64,000 nt of DNA from an uncultured bacterium (GCA_903829325.1 CAIKPM010000015.1:33597-97596), one strand, 5' to 3'. Counted from the first letter of the stretch, positions 37,140 to 47,004 are shown. A program made the numbers and translations. The notes: generated by a model not told the origin, from the sequence alone.

Positions 37140-39563
37140 TTAAGGGCAGGGACATCCGGTGGCTCCTTCGTGAAGAGGTTGGTAGGGGTGCCAGCTTGCG
37201 TCTGAGTGGTAGGTCCAAAAGTGCTGGGTTTCCGTATCCCAGGCCATCAGCGACATCCATCCGTTATGGAAGAGATGCTGGATATGCGGGTTGCGAGCTA
37301 AGACTGCGCGGATTCGCGCTCTGGGTGCGGTAATGATCGTGAGTAGGCGTAAGGGTTCGTGATACCAGCCATGCGCATCCGCTAAGGATTGGAGTGGTAG
37401 TCCAGCGCGGAGATCGCTCCGATTCCCTGACATGACCCCGATCCGCCCGACGATCTGATGGATGACTTTGTTGCCGCTGCCGTAGCGTTCGTTATCGACG
37501 GTGGCAAAATAATAATGCGAATTAATCCATTGCGCGACCACGAGTGGCGCTGTCATGATGATCTCTAGGATTGCTCCATCGGCATCATCTTCCGGTGCAT
37601 ATTCGTGGAAAAAGGCGCGATTCTCGAGATTGGCTTGTCGTGAAAAGGCACGTGGGCCGATCACGAACGTTGCATTTTTGGCCAAGCCCCATTCTGGTCT
37701 CACTTGGGCCCAATCGACCGCGCGACTCTGTATGTCGGCTGACCACTGGTTTCGTGGGCGCGGGGCCAAGGCGGTCTGACGCTCGGTCCGGTAGCGCGCT
37801 AATGCTTTGCTGGCATCGTGTTGGAAGCGCTGGAGGATCGCGGCGTGGCTCGTAGGGATGGTGTCTGCGTCAAACACCTGTACTTGGTCGCGTGACGTGT
37901 CGTGCTCAGCGGCCAGAAAGAGGGTGTGCGCGGGGATCTGGATCCCCCGTGCCGCCAAGGCGAGACGGACGCTGACGCGATTGAGGAGTGCCGCCAAAAT
38001 CCGTGCGTTGGGGCCGCCCCGCGAGCCGGCACATGCGCCGCAATCGAGCGCTGCCGCAAACGCGTTATTGGTGCTCGTGCTTCCATGGCCCACGAACACC
38101 ACCAGGGGCGAGAACGTTGTGCGCATGCCCAGTAAGGTCAAGGCGGACTCGGCAAAAAAGGCTTGCTCTGAGGGGGTAAATCCACTCACGTCTTTATCAA
38201 TGCGCGTGCTCTCAAGCACGAAATCCGTCGCTAGGGCTGGGAGCAGGCGCTTGCGTAGTGTTTGGCTCAAGCGGGCGAAGCGCTGGGGGAAAAGGGTGCG
38301 GCCGAGCAGGCCGATCGAAAAAAAGAGCCCTATCGACTCAAACAACACGAACGGAGTCACGGGGTTGCTTTTGAGCGTGCGCAAGAGGTGCTCTGCTCGA
38401 GCGAGCCAGCCGCGTTTTTTCCGGTCACTGTGCAGTGCGCTTGCTGAGCCCTGGAGTCGTTCGACGATCAGATGCTTGGGACTGAGCAAAACCGGGCACG
38501 CCGCTCGGGTCGACGTGCTGTCGGGCGTGCGCAGTGCGATTGGTAATCCAAAGAAGCCAGCGAATCCGTGGGTGCGATACGGTCCCACGCTTTCGAGATG
38601 ACGGCGTACGCCCTCAGAGCGCACGTCCAAACAGAAGACCGCATCTGCGTGGATCTCTGGCGGGGGTGTTGAGCTATCGGGGCGCGTGAGTTCACGAACA
38701 ATGTGTTCGCGTGTCGTCAGCTCGTGAGCGAGTAGCCAGATTTCGCTGCGTTGCTGATGATCGAGCTGTGGGCTGAGCGATTGATTCGCGTACGGATCGG
38801 CGGGCTCGATCGCCGCTTGCGGCACGGGCGCGCCAAACGCGACTGCATACGAGAGTCGGACCGCGAGGTATTGCAGCGGATCGAATGGGGCCGCTTGTTG
38901 GGCGGGATTTTGCGGATGCATCGCTCGCCATTTTGCAAACCCTGCCCACCCCGGCAAGGCCAAGGCCTGATCTGCCAAGCACGCCTTCCAGTGGCTGCGC
39001 TCTACGCCGGCGTGTACGAGCGCTGTTGCCAAAGCGTCTTCGGCTTCCAGCTCAGCTGGGACGGGATTGGGTTGCTCAAAACGCGCTAACCGTCGCCAGG
39101 CAGCATAAAAGCCATGCTTGCGGTACGGCATTGCCCAGCCAGCCTCGCCCTCGTCGAGAAATGCACTGCACCAAGTGATCATGCGCTCATTGACCTGCGC
39201 CACTGCTTTCGGTGTAGGGGGCGCTGCGGTCGCTTCACGACGGGGTTCGACCAGGCTGGTGTGCAGAAGCGTCATGATCTCTGGGGTTGCGCTTGGAAAA
39301 TGTTGGCGCAATGCTGCGTCAAGGGCTTCGGGGCGAATCTTGCCTGCAGCGTAGAGGCGTTGGTAGTGCGTCTCGGGCCAGTACCCGCGTGCGCCTGTCC
39401 GTTGAGTCATCTGACGGACGGCATCGCGGAAGGGCAAATGCTCAAATCCGCTGAGTGGATTGGTTGCGATGAAGCGCCCGAGTGGCCAGACGGCGGGAAT
39501 CACATCGAAAGCAACGCTGACCATGGCGCGAAGTTGGGCGCGTTGTTCTGTCGCAAGACTCAT
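37140..39563 (-). CDS. dabA: DabA (DUF2309) subunit of a DAB-type inorganic-carbon accumulation complex
   Basis: 807 aa. Contains the DUF2309 hallmark segments FCLDVRSE and VGHGSTSTNN...LDCGACAG, which correspond to the Cys/Asp and His/Cys zinc ligands described for DabA. ATGA overlap with dabB. Confidence 0.85.
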   Translation of the reverse strand: MSLATEQRAQLRAMVSVAFDVIPAVWPLGRFIATNPLSGFEHLPFRDAVRQMTQRTGARGYWPETHYQRLYAAGKIRPEALDAALRQHFPSATPEIMTLLHTSLVEPRREATAAPPTPKAVAQVNERMITWCSAFLDEGEAGWAMPYRKHGFYAAWRRLARFEQPNPVPAELEAEDALATALVHAGVERSHWKACLADQALALPGWAGFAKWRAMHPQNPAQQAAPFDPLQYLAVRLSYAVAFGAPVPQAAIEPADPYANQSLSPQLDHQQRSEIWLLAHELTTREHIVRELTRPDSSTPPPEIHADAVFCLDVRSEGVRRHLESVGPYRTHGFAGFFGLPIALRTPDSTSTRAACPVLLSPKHLIVERLQGSASALHSDRKKRGWLARAEHLLRTLKSNPVTPFVLFESIGLFFSIGLLGRTLFPQRFARLSQTLRKRLLPALATDFVLESTRIDKDVSGFTPSEQAFFAESALTLLGMRTTFSPLVVFVGHGSTSTNNAFAAALDCGACAGSRGGPNARILAALLNRVSVRLALAARGIQIPAHTLFLAAEHDTSRDQVQVFDADTIPTSHAAILQRFQHDASKALARYRTERQTALAPRPRNQWSADIQSRAVDWAQVRPEWGLAKNATFVIGPRAFSRQANLENRAFFHEYAPEDDADGAILEIIMTAPLVVAQWINSHYYFATVDNERYGSGNKVIHQIVGRIGVMSGNRSDLRAGLPLQSLADAHGWYHEPLRLLTIITAPRARIRAVLARNPHIQHLFHNGWMSLMAWDTETQHFWTYHSDASWHPYQPLHEGATGCPCP

Positions 39564-41083
39564 GCTGGTGGATGCCCTTCGTGGAGCAGGCTGACGTAGA
39601 GTCGATCACGCCAGGCCTGGGGCCAGGGCACGATGCCCCATGCGCTCAGGAGAGCGAGGCCAAAGCCCAGGAGCATCAACCAGATCATGCTGTTCGGGAT
39701 AGGGCAGGGGATCTGGCTGAGATCCCGAGCCAAAAAGTGCTCAAACCAACTGAGCCCTAACGCATAGCTCGGCAAAGCGACGAGCGTGACGATGCAAGCG
39801 AGTACGATTTCTTCTCGTGTGCCGCGTTGCACCAGGGTCCGGCTCATATGCATGCAGGTGGCAGTGGCGAAAGCGAAGACCACCCAGCTTTTCGGCGCTA
39901 ACTCATGCTGCTGCAAGACCACCCAAACCAGCCAGCCGAAGACGCCCGAGGCCAAACCGACCGAGGCCGCAATCCACGGCTGATGGCGCGGGGCTCGATG
40001 GTGAGCATGCGCCCCGATCGCCGAGCCTGAGCCCAGAAAAAGATTGGCCTTGAAAATGCCGTGCGCGATCAGATGCAAGATTGCAGCCGAGCCAGCCCCG
40101 AGACTGCATTGCATCACCATATATCCCATTTGCCCCATGGTTGAATAGGCGAGCTTACGCTTGATTTCGCTGCGCACGAGCATGCACGCGCTTCCCCATA
40201 GTGCCGAGATGGCTCCCACGCAGAAGAGCGCCAGGGTGACCGGCCAGGCGTGAACCAGCAAAGGTGCTAAGCGCGTCAACAGTAACCCCCCTGCGTTCAC
40301 CACTCCGGCGTGCATGAGCGCCGATACGGGAGTGGGGGCCTCCATGGTGTCGGGTAACCAGCGGTGGAGGGGAATCTGTGCCGCTTTGCTGCACGCGGCG
40401 ACTGCAAAGCCCGCGAGCGCTAGACTTGTCCAGGGTGAATTTGTGACGCACAGCTGCGCGACGGCGAGATCAAGCCGCATACTGTGACCGGCGAGCATGA
40501 GCACGACCGCTCCTAGCGTGCAGCCAACGTCGCCGTAAAGATGTGCTTGGCGCATCCCGCGTGCTGCGGCGATGGCTTGTGGGCGATGCTCTTCGTGTTG
40601 CTGCAGGCTGCAAAGTTGTTGACTCACCAGCCACCACGCAACGGCCAGCAAGAGAAGATTGTTTGTCGTGACCAGCAAGAGTACCGTGCTGCTCAAACCG
40701 CTCAGGCCCACGAAGAACTGCTCGTATCGCGAGTCTCCGTCGAGGTAGCGTAGCGAGAAGGCGTGCACGACGAAGGCGATCCCGCTGACGAGCGCGGCCA
40801 TGAGGCTACTCAAGCGATCGAAGCTAAAGAGGTCGTCGTGGAGCGCGGGCGCTGCCACGCTCAGGCTGCAGAGCACCAGGCTCAGTGCAAAGGCAACGCC
40901 TATCCCGAGCGTTGCAACGAGCGGTTGCGCGGCCCGTTTGCTTCGGGGAAGCGCGAGAAAGAGCATGGAAGTGAGCGGACATCCCACGAGCAGGGCAAGG
41001 CATGCGTCAGGCCAGAGGTGCAAGGAGGAACCTTCATGTATGAAAATAAAATCACTAATCATGATTCCTGCAATTGATATCAT
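39560..41083 (-). CDS. dabB: DabB, NuoL/MrpA-like proton-conducting membrane subunit
   Basis: 507 aa, about 12-14 TM segments. Proton_antipo_M-like core (AAQIPLHRWLPDTMEAPTPVSALMHAGVVNAGG, AYSTMGQMGYM). The start is uncertain: ATG 41083, or TTG 41023 preceded by GAAGG. Confidence 0.85.
   Translation of the reverse strand: MISIAGIMISDFIFIHEGSSLHLWPDACLALLVGCPLTSMLFLALPRSKRAAQPLVATLGIGVAFALSLVLCSLSVAAPALHDDLFSFDRLSSLMAALVSGIAFVVHAFSLRYLDGDSRYEQFFVGLSGLSSTVLLLVTTNNLLLLAVAWWLVSQQLCSLQQHEEHRPQAIAAARGMRQAHLYGDVGCTLGAVVLMLAGHSMRLDLAVAQLCVTNSPWTSLALAGFAVAACSKAAQIPLHRWLPDTMEAPTPVSALMHAGVVNAGGLLLTRLAPLLVHAWPVTLALFCVGAISALWGSACMLVRSEIKRKLAYSTMGQMGYMVMQCSLGAGSAAILHLIAHGIFKANLFLGSGSAIGAHAHHRAPRHQPWIAASVGLASGVFGWLVWVVLQQHELAPKSWVVFAFATATCMHMSRTLVQRGTREEIVLACIVTLVALPSYALGLSWFEHFLARDLSQIPCPIPNSMIWLMLLGFGLALLSAWGIVPWPQAWRDRLYVSLLHEGHPPA
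41057..41082. promoter_or_regulatory. two short perfect palindromes in the AT-rich dabB / wHTH divergent region
   Basis: AATCATGATT at 41057-41066 and TGATATCA at 41075-41082, read directly. An operator function is speculative. Confidence 0.3.
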
Positions 41084-41092
41084 GTATCAAGT

Positions 41093-41401
41093 ATGAGTGT
41101 CAAGCGTGAACCTTCCTCCAGCTCGCGCAGCAGTTGGACGTTCTTAACCAATCACGCCCACGTCTTGATCGCGCTCGCTCGTGACCCATCAACGCGGGTC
41201 CGCGACCTGGCCGAAGTGGTCGGGATTACTGAGCGTGCGGTTCAGCAGATTCTCACTGATCTCGAATCCGGCACGGTCATTGAGCGGATCCGCACGGGGC
41301 GTCGCAACGCGTATCGGGTCAATCCCGCGGTGCAGTTGCGCCATCCGCTCGAAGCGCAGCATCGAGTCGGCGAGTTACTCGCGTTAGCAGCTGAGGGATG
41401 A
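41093..41401 (+). CDS. small winged-helix (ArsR/MarR-like) DNA-binding protein
   Basis: 102 aa. VRDLAEVVGITERAVQQILTDLESGTVIERIRTGRRNAYRVN reads as HTH plus wing. ATGA overlap with the mnmG start. Confidence 0.6.
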   Translation: MSVKREPSSSSRSSWTFLTNHAHVLIALARDPSTRVRDLAEVVGITERAVQQILTDLESGTVIERIRTGRRNAYRVNPAVQLRHPLEAQHRVGELLALAAEG

Positions 41402-43266
41402 GCCTAGACGGTGATGATGCAGCGGTGATTGTCGTCGGTGGCGGTCACGCTGGCTTGGAGGCCGCGCTGGCCTCCGCTCGTTTAGGTGTGGCGACGGTGC
41501 TGGTTACGGGTGACCCGGAGCGGATCTGTACCTTGCCTTGCAACCCCAGTATCGGCGGTAGCGCTAAGGGTCAGCTTGTGCGCGAAATCGATGCTTTGGG
41601 CGGCGAGATGGGGCTACTGATCGATGCTTCGTCGTTGCACGTGCGATTTTTGAATGAAAGCAAAGGTCCGGCGGTGCGTGCGCTCAGGGCGCAAGCCGAT
41701 AAACCGCGGTATGCGCAACTTGCGCGCGAGCGGATTGCGCAGACGCCGAATCTCCAGCTGGTGACCGGGCTTGTTGACGATATTGATGTCGAACACGGTG
41801 CCGTTGCGGGGGTTCGTTGCAGCAATGGTGTACGGGTGCGCGGGAAAAATGTCGTTTTAGCGACTGGCACATTTCTTGGTGGCAAAATCTATCGCGGTGA
41901 GCATTCTGAAGCCGCCGGGCGTTTTGGCGAAGCTCCCGCGCTGGGTTTATCTCTGACCTTAGCTCGTCTTGGCTTCCCCTTGGCGCGCCTGAAAACCGGT
42001 ACCCCGCCTCGGATTGCGCGCGACAGTATCGATCGCAGTGTGATGCAGCGTCAGGATCCGAGCGAGATTCCTTTGCCGTTTTCGTATCGTAGCGAAGCGG
42101 TGTTCGCTGGGCCGCAGTTGCCTTGTTATATTGTGCAGACTTCGGAGCGTACGCATGCCTTAGTGCGCGAAAATCTGCATCGCTCGCCGCTGTATGGACT
42201 TGATTTAATTCGCGGGATTGGGCCGCGGTATTGCCCATCGATCGAAGATAAAGTCATCAAGTTTGCGCACAATCCCAGTCATCAAGTCTTTCTCGAACCG
42301 GAAGGCTGGGATGAGCCGACCTTGTACGTCGGTGGCTTTTCCACGTCGCTCCCCGAGGATGTCCAACTTGCGATGCTGCGTAGTCTCCCCGGCTGCGCTG
42401 ATGTCGTGATGCTGCGCGCTGGGTATGCGGTTGAGTATGATTACGTGCCGCCGACCGAGCTGTCTGCATCGCTCGAAACGCGCCGTATTGCGGGACTTTT
42501 TCATTGTGGTCAACTCAATGGCACATCCGGATACGAAGAAGCTGCCGCGCAAGGTCTCCTTGCGGGGATTAATGCAGCCCAGCGTGCGCGCGGTCAGCAA
42601 GCGTTACTATTGAATCGCTCGAGTTCGTATCTCGGGACGATGATCGACGACCTCACCAGCAAAGGTGTTGATGAACCGTATCGCATGCTCACTTCTCGTG
42701 CTGAGCACCGTCTGCTTTTGAGGCATGATAATGCTGATACGCGTTTGACCCCGATTGGTTATCAACTCGGGTTGTTGAGCGAGAGTTTGTACGAGAATTT
42801 TCTGCAGCGTCAGGAGCAAATTCGTGCGGGGATTGCACGAGTGCGTGCGCAGCGTCTTGGGTTACGTCAGTTGCACGGGCTTGATTTTGCGGCAGGGGCG
42901 ACCGTTGCGGATGCGATTCGCCGCCAAGAAATCCCCATTCCAACGCTGACGGAAACGCTGGGTGAAGCCGATGCGCCGCTATTCGAGCGGATTGCGATCG
43001 AGCTGCGTTGTGAAGGCTACGTGCGTCGTCAGGAGTTGGCGATCGCTCGCGCGCAACGCGATGAGGAAACGGTGATTCCCGATGGTCTTGACTATGCGCA
43101 ATTACATGGGCTCTCGCGCGAAGCGCGCGAGCGTCTGGCGGTGATGCAACCGGCGACGATGGGGGCTGCATCGCGCTTACGCGGCGTGACTCCCGCCGAT
43201 ATGGCTGTCTTGGCGGTGTATGTGCACCGTGCGACGCAATTGCTTGGCGTGGCCGCGCATGATTGA
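41398..43266 (+). CDS. mnmG: tRNA uridine-5-carboxymethylaminomethyl synthesis enzyme MnmG (GidA)
   Basis: 622 aa. FAD motif VVGGGHAGLEAALASAR, plus GPRYCPSIEDK and other GidA signatures. Confidence 0.95.
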   Translation: MSLDGDDAAVIVVGGGHAGLEAALASARLGVATVLVTGDPERICTLPCNPSIGGSAKGQLVREIDALGGEMGLLIDASSLHVRFLNESKGPAVRALRAQADKPRYAQLARERIAQTPNLQLVTGLVDDIDVEHGAVAGVRCSNGVRVRGKNVVLATGTFLGGKIYRGEHSEAAGRFGEAPALGLSLTLARLGFPLARLKTGTPPRIARDSIDRSVMQRQDPSEIPLPFSYRSEAVFAGPQLPCYIVQTSERTHALVRENLHRSPLYGLDLIRGIGPRYCPSIEDKVIKFAHNPSHQVFLEPEGWDEPTLYVGGFSTSLPEDVQLAMLRSLPGCADVVMLRAGYAVEYDYVPPTELSASLETRRIAGLFHCGQLNGTSGYEEAAAQGLLAGINAAQRARGQQALLLNRSSSYLGTMIDDLTSKGVDEPYRMLTSRAEHRLLLRHDNADTRLTPIGYQLGLLSESLYENFLQRQEQIRAGIARVRAQRLGLRQLHGLDFAAGATVADAIRRQEIPIPTLTETLGEADAPLFERIAIELRCEGYVRRQELAIARAQRDEETVIPDGLDYAQLHGLSREARERLAVMQPATMGAASRLRGVTPADMAVLAVYVHRATQLLGVAAHD

Positions 43267-43993
43267 GTACGATGAAGCGCTTCGTGCTGAGCTTGTTCGG
43301 GCGTTGGATCAATGCGCAGAGCTGAATGCTTTGCAACGGAGTAAGCTCGCGGAATACGGGGCTTTGTTGCTCAGCGCGAATCGTCGCGTGAATCTGACTG
43401 GGGCGAAAGACGTCGAGCATGTGTTGCCCCATTTCATGGATTCGCTCGCGGTGGTACCGTATGTGCGCGATTCGCTGATCGATATTGGTTCGGGCGGCGG
43501 TTTGCCGGCGATTCCGCTGGGTATTGCTTGCGGTGTTCCGTGCACATTGATCGAGGCGGTGCGTAAAAAGGCGCATTTTCTCGAGCAGGCGATTTCGTTT
43601 CTCGGCCTCGAGGCAAACGTAAGAAGTGGCCGAGCCGAAGCCTTAGCTTTTGAAGACGGATTACGTGAGCGATTTTTTACTGCGACGGCGCGCGCGGTTG
43701 CGGTCGCGCCGACGGTGCTTGAATATACGATGCCATTTCTTGCGCTTGGCGGTCGGGCAATTTTGCAACGTGGTAGTTTCGATGAGCACGAGCGTCGTGC
43801 GACTGCGGATGCAGCGTTGATGCTCGGAGGGCGGTTGGTTGAAGAAGTCGAGCTTGGTGGCAATCGACGTTTGCTGATCGTCGAAAAAGAGCGCCGCACC
43901 CCACTGCGGTTTCCGCGCAAGGCTGGTGTTCCGGCGAAGCGTCCATTGTGTATGCTTCAGCCGCCGAGCAGTGGCTTGGGTCAGAATACGTGA
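43259..43993 (+). CDS. rsmG: 16S rRNA (guanine527-N7)-methyltransferase RsmG (GidB)
   Basis: Starts at MIEYDEAL, overlapping the end of mnmG. SAM motif LIDIGSGGGLPAIPL. Confidence 0.88.
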   Translation: MIEYDEALRAELVRALDQCAELNALQRSKLAEYGALLLSANRRVNLTGAKDVEHVLPHFMDSLAVVPYVRDSLIDIGSGGGLPAIPLGIACGVPCTLIEAVRKKAHFLEQAISFLGLEANVRSGRAEALAFEDGLRERFFTATARAVAVAPTVLEYTMPFLALGGRAILQRGSFDEHERRATADAALMLGGRLVEEVELGGNRRLLIVEKERRTPLRFPRKAGVPAKRPLCMLQPPSSGLGQNT

Positions 43994-45390
43994 TCGACGT
44001 TGAGGTTTTTGATCGTCTCTTGCTCGCTATTTTGCCGCCTGAGCATATTTATGCCGTGGGTGGGCGCGTGCGCGATGAGATTCGCGCGCAGCACGGCCAG
44101 GTAAAACTCGCACTCAAAGACGCGGATTATGTCGTGACCGGGCTGCCGTTGGCTGATTTGGTTGCGGCGCTTACTCCGCACGGGCGTGTGGATCAAGTTG
44201 GTGCGAATTTTTCGGTGATTAAATTCACGCGTGAAGGAGACACGGTTGATATTGCGCTACCGCGGCGTGAATATTCGACTGGTTCGGGTCATCGTGATTT
44301 TCACATCGAGTCAGGGCCTGAAGTGCCGCTTGTGGCTGATTTAGCGCGGCGTGATTTTCGCATGAATATGCTCGCGCGTTCACTTGCTACCGGCGAAGTC
44401 GTCGATCCGTATGGTGGTGTCGCCGATATCCTCGCGCGTCGCATCGATATTTTATCCGCGCAAACCTTTCTTGAAGATCCTTTACGGATGTTGCGGGCGT
44501 GTCAGTTTGCGGCGCGCTTTGAGTATACGCTCACGTCTGCGACGCAAGCCGCGATGCACGACGCGCATGCATGGATTCGCTCGGTTTCGGCTCAGCGGGT
44601 CGGTGACGAATTTTCGAAATTGCTGCAGTTGGCGACGCGACCTTCGATTGGCTTTGAATATATGCGGAGCACTCGTTTGCTTTCGTGCATTTGGCCTGAG
44701 CTTGAAGAGGGCGTTGGCATGGAACAAAACGAGTGGCACGCGTACGATGTCTATCGTCACAACCTCGAAACGCTTGATGCGATGCCGCGTCGCGATGTGA
44801 TTACTCGACTCGCCGCCCTTTTGCACGATGTCGGCAAACCCCGCGTCAAAGACGGACCTCACTTCTATCGGCACGAAATTGTCGGGGCCGAAATCGCAGA
44901 TGATATGCTACGTCGTTTAGCACTTTCGAACGAGACGATTTCGTCAACGGTTCATCTGATTCGGCAGCATATGTATTCGGTTGATTCATCTCAAAGTGAT
45001 GCGGCGATTCGTCGGTTTATCAAACGAATCGGTCCCGAGCATATCGATCGTCTTTTTGCTTTGCGCGTTGCTGATATTTGCGGCAGTGGCTTGCCGAAAC
45101 GGAGTGGCGAAAACGAGGCCTTCGAGGCGCGGGTAGCCGCTGAACTACGCAGGGAGCCAGCTGTTTCGGTTGCTGATTTGGCGGTAAATGGCCAAGATGT
45201 TCTTGCGGCGTTTATTCAGGCGGGAGAACCACCGAGTTTTCGTGGCGATCGTCGGGTGGGGGTGGTCTTGCATGATTTGCTCGAAATCATCCTCGAAAAT
45301 CCAAGCGAAAATACCCGTGAGGTTTTGTCGCAATATCTGCACACGCTGGTACGGCGCCCACGATCCAAACAAAGAAGTGTTGCCCGTTGA
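43990..45390 (+). CDS. cca: CCA-adding enzyme / tRNA nucleotidyltransferase with HD domain
   Basis: GGRVRDEI, RDFRMN and LLHDVGKP (HD) motifs. A GTG start at 43990 forms a GTGA overlap with the rsmG stop; the ATG at 43948 in the ORF track is the alternative. Confidence 0.8.
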   Translation: MIDVEVFDRLLLAILPPEHIYAVGGRVRDEIRAQHGQVKLALKDADYVVTGLPLADLVAALTPHGRVDQVGANFSVIKFTREGDTVDIALPRREYSTGSGHRDFHIESGPEVPLVADLARRDFRMNMLARSLATGEVVDPYGGVADILARRIDILSAQTFLEDPLRMLRACQFAARFEYTLTSATQAAMHDAHAWIRSVSAQRVGDEFSKLLQLATRPSIGFEYMRSTRLLSCIWPELEEGVGMEQNEWHAYDVYRHNLETLDAMPRRDVITRLAALLHDVGKPRVKDGPHFYRHEIVGAEIADDMLRRLALSNETISSTVHLIRQHMYSVDSSQSDAAIRRFIKRIGPEHIDRLFALRVADICGSGLPKRSGENEAFEARVAAELRREPAVSVADLAVNGQDVLAAFIQAGEPPSFRGDRRVGVVLHDLLEIILENPSENTREVLSQYLHTLVRRPRSKQRSVAR

Positions 45391-45408
45391 TCGCGCGAAT
45401 CGAACGGT

Positions 45409-45948
45409 ATGATGCGTATTCGATCGATCGTTGTCTTGCTGACCGCCGCGCTGTTTGCTGGCTGCTCGTCTGCTGGGCCTAGCGGCAATGCCCACGTGCC
45501 CGAGCCGCAGATAGCGGTGCAGCTCGATCGATATTTGGGGCGCTGGTACGAAATGGCTCGCTACGAGAATCGCTTTGAAACAAAATGTCAGGCGGTAACG
45601 GCGGAGTACCGATTGCTGGATAGTGGACATATTGGCATCGTGAATACGTGTCATCTCGGTGCGGTCGATGGACCCGTGAAGGTCGCGCATGGCAAGGCCA
45701 AAATTGTTGCGAATACACAAAATGCCAAACTCAAGGTTTCATTTTTTGGACCTTTTTATGTTGGTGATTATTGGATTTTAAACCACGCCTCTGACTATTC
45801 GTGGTCTATCGTGGGCGAACCGTCGGGTCGGTATCTTTGGGTCTTGACCCGCCAGCGGCATCCGAGTGCTGGTGAAAGAAGCGCGTTACTCGATGCAGTC
45901 AAGGCGCTCGGTTACGACACGAGCATGCTCTACCAAACTCCACAATAA
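45409..45948 (+). CDS. blc: bacterial lipocalin lipoprotein Blc
   Basis: Lipoprotein signal LTAALFAGC and lipocalin motif YLGRWYEMARYENRFE. Confidence 0.85.
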   Translation: MMRIRSIVVLLTAALFAGCSSAGPSGNAHVPEPQIAVQLDRYLGRWYEMARYENRFETKCQAVTAEYRLLDSGHIGIVNTCHLGAVDGPVKVAHGKAKIVANTQNAKLKVSFFGPFYVGDYWILNHASDYSWSIVGEPSGRYLWVLTRQRHPSAGERSALLDAVKALGYDTSMLYQTPQ

Positions 45949-45966
45949 TATCGAGCGAGGTCGATT

Positions 45967-46716
45967 GTGCGCGTAGAAACGACGTTTGTTGATTTGCCCG
46001 CAACGGGGTATACAATGCGGGCTGCTTTGGCGACGCCGATCGGCCTAGAACGAGCACCGGGGCTGATTTTTTATTCGGATATTTTCCAACTGACCGCATC
46101 GACGTTACGGATGATCACTCGTTTTGCCGGTTATGGTTTTGCGGTGTTAGCACCAGAGATTTTCTGTCGTCGAGAACCACCTGGCAGTGCATGGGCCTTT
46201 GATGATCCCGGTCGAGATCGCGGTATGGCGAATGCGAAGGCTATCAGTGTTGCGCAATTCGATGCCGACACCGCGCTTGCGCTCGCATTTCTGCAAAATC
46301 ACGCTGCGGTGGAATCCAGCGCCCTCGGTGCCGTTGGGTTTTGTTTTGGCGGGCATCTCGCATTCCGTGCGGCTTTTCACCGCCAAGTGCAATCAACGGT
46401 TTGCTATTATCCCACAGGTTTACACAACGGTGCGCTCGGCAGTGACGCTGATGCGGGGAGTCTCGCGCGAGCAAGCGAGATTCACGGGGCATTACATCTC
46501 ATTTTCGGCACTGAAGATCCTCACGTCCCGACTGAAGCGCGAGAGCAGATTGTCACTGTCCTCACTCCGCAAATCAAAGACTTCCGCGTCACCACGTACC
46601 CGGCGGCCCACGCGTTCATGCGCGACGAGGGCCCCCGCTACGACCCCGAATCCAGCGACAACGCCTTCACCGAGGGCCTCGCATCCCTGCGATGCACCGG
46701 AGGTTCAGCAGGATAG
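45967..46716 (+). CDS. dienelactone hydrolase family protein
   Basis: 249 aa alpha/beta hydrolase with a G-x-C-x-G nucleophile elbow (GFCFGGHLAF), as in DLH. Confidence 0.78.
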   Translation: MRVETTFVDLPATGYTMRAALATPIGLERAPGLIFYSDIFQLTASTLRMITRFAGYGFAVLAPEIFCRREPPGSAWAFDDPGRDRGMANAKAISVAQFDADTALALAFLQNHAAVESSALGAVGFCFGGHLAFRAAFHRQVQSTVCYYPTGLHNGALGSDADAGSLARASEIHGALHLIFGTEDPHVPTEAREQIVTVLTPQIKDFRVTTYPAAHAFMRDEGPRYDPESSDNAFTEGLASLRCTGGSAG

Positions 46717-46962
46717 GCAACTGGTAAATCCTTCGAACTCTGCTTGCAGTTCAGTCGGTAGAGGGTCAAAAAAGGCCTGAGTTAAGGTAAATCCTGAACG
46801 AGGTGGCCCGAGTGGGCGTTTTTTCTTGGTTTGACGAGGGTAGCCGAGCAACTGCGCGACGCGAATATTCTGCTCACAGATCAGTACTAGCTCTCCAGCT
46901 TGAGCCATGTGAGCTAGTTGCAATAAGCGTTTTTTGGCGATGCTAATGTTGACTTTGATCAT
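46705..46962 (-). CDS. Phd/YefM-type (VapB-like) antitoxin, orphan
   Basis: 85 aa. N-terminus MIKVNISIAKKRLLQLAHMAQAGELVLI and C-terminal ...FFDPLPTELQAEFEG, typical of Phd-fold antitoxins that pair with PIN toxins. No toxin ORF follows, and its 3' end overlaps the DLH gene by 12 nt. Confidence 0.6.
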   Translation of the reverse strand: MIKVNISIAKKRLLQLAHMAQAGELVLICEQNIRVAQLLGYPRQTKKKRPLGPPRSGFTLTQAFFDPLPTELQAEFEGFTSCLSC

Positions 46963-47004
46963 GCTTTTATCGTAGCTGATATGTCAAGACGGCTCGCATC
47001 CGGT

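Noticed and set aside
37807-38601. 264-aa ORF antisense to dabA (and neighbouring 60-110-aa antisense ORFs at 37555-39600)
   Set aside because: Arg/Ser/Ala-rich low-complexity translations opposite a strongly recognisable DUF2309 gene. There are no start or RBS context and no motifs.
42689-43576. 295-aa ORF antisense to the mnmG/rsmG junction, and a 203-aa ORF at 43309-43920
   Set aside because: They lie opposite two highly conserved genes, have skewed Arg/His/Gln/Ser composition, and show no recognisable domain.
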